Assembly: GCA_944371305.1 (NCBI GenBank)
Contig: CALVXM010000005.1
Coordinates: 1-53,081 of the forward strand
Source: an uncultured Bacilli bacterium
GTDB taxonomy: Bacteria; Bacillota_I; Bacilli_A; RF39; UBA660
Reading direction: 5' to 3'
Length of the DNA: 53,081 bases
Every line of letters starts with the position of its first letter. Within the stretch, counting starts at the first letter, position 1. Shown one piece after another: positions 52,399-53,081 of the stretch. The notes beneath the pieces are model-generated. The model was not told the origin of the DNA. It made no database searches and was given only the letters and a program-made list of their open reading frames with translations. Both the position numbers and the translations under genes were made by a program.

Positions 52399-52415
52399 AT
52401 ATCTTCCCTCCTTAT

Positions 52416-52544
52416 TTAGGCTTTAATTAATTTATTCATAACAAAAGAGTACATTTCTTCATTTATAAATTTATTTCGTTTCAAATATTCAATTAATTTT
52501 ATTTTAATTTCTATTTCGATAGATTTATTAATTATATTTTCCAA
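52416..52544 (-). CDS. Small SHOCT-like protein upstream of the recombinase
   Basis: GGAGGA RBS and TTG start (in-frame ATG also at 52565). MENIINKSIEIEIKIKLIEYLKRNKFINEEMYSFVMNKLIKA. Confidence 0.6.
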   Translation of the reverse strand: MENIINKSIEIEIKIKLIEYLKRNKFINEEMYSFVMNKLIKA

Positions 52545-52672
52545 TATCTTATCCTCCTTCTTCATTTTATTTAATTAAATAAAAAAAAGAACTTAAGCCC
52601 TTAAGTTCTACAAAATATCCGAAAACCTAAGTAGCTAAAAAAGATAAGATATTAAGTTTTCAAATAACAAAT

Positions 52673-53050
52673 TTAATTACTTTGATAATTCATAATTTTT
52701 CTAGCAACAATATAACCATCAATATTATCTGGTAATAAATTATTTTGTTCTAAAAACAAGAATAATTCTTTTAAAAAGATAATTTTATCTTCATAAAATA
52801 ACTTTTCAAAATTAGATAACACATCTTCTATACCTTTTTGATAAAAACGATAAAACAAATTGTAATTATAATTTAGATAACATTTAATATCTTTAATTAA
52901 ATTATTAGAATATCCAATTAGTAATGGATTAAATATTTCTATATTAGTATCTTCTAAATCAGGATTACAAGTATTTAAACTATTTATTAAATCGTTATCC
53001 CAAAAATCTAAAACATAACATATAAATTTTATTTGATTTTTCTTTTCTAA
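52673..53050 (-). CDS. Hypothetical element gene, start unclear (possibly frameshifted)
   Basis: The frame of ORF 52673-52858 stays open upstream to ~53050 without a standard start codon. Confidence 0.35.
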   Translation of the reverse strand, partial: LEKKNQIKFICYVLDFWDNDLINSLNTCNPDLEDTNIEIFNPLLIGYSNNLIKDIKCYLNYNYNLFYRFYQKGIEDVLSNFEKLFYEDKIIFLKELFLFLEQNNLLPDNIDGYIVARKIMNYQSN

Positions 53051-53081
53051 ATTATCTAAACTTTCTATTAATTTTTTAACC

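Larger units (their letters stand above)
50760..53081 (-). mobile_element. Integrated serine-recombinase element (one end; continues beyond the window)
   Basis: The recombinase 3' end abuts the truncated PBP, and the sequence is more AT-rich than the flank. The junction is placed approximately. Confidence 0.8.

Overview
A 53 kb, strongly AT-rich chromosomal segment from a Firmicute with a reduced genome. The lineage is probably Bacilli (RF39-like; this is inference from gene set and style). It uses the standard genetic code and almost all genes lie on the minus strand. The backbone is housekeeping (typA, lexA, ftsK, eno, murD, rpsU, tig, greA, tgt, murF, gatCAB, recX, infC-rpmI-rplT, mraY) plus sporulation-type genes (spoVG, veg, yabG, spoVE/ftsW, a spoVD-like PBP, a collagen-like protein). 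Five things stand out. (1) A dispersed diversity-generating-retroelement (DGR)-like system: four modular type IV pilin-like genes, four variable-repeat (VR)-like segments, and an AAY-rich template repeat (TR)-like non-coding unit at about 31646-31726. No reverse transcriptase or avd gene is in the window, and the VRs imply more than one TR. (2) A large-serine-recombinase element that splits the spoVD-like gene, as the sigK skin element does. (3) A C39-peptidase ABC exporter followed by two double-glycine-leader peptides and a third, membrane-anchored look-alike ORF, none in the ORF track. (4) A ~300 bp duplicated leader with a variable poly-G tract in front of two pilin genes. (5) A LexA-boxed divergent operon encoding a small membrane peptide. 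All alignments and counts were done by eye, and no database searches were run.
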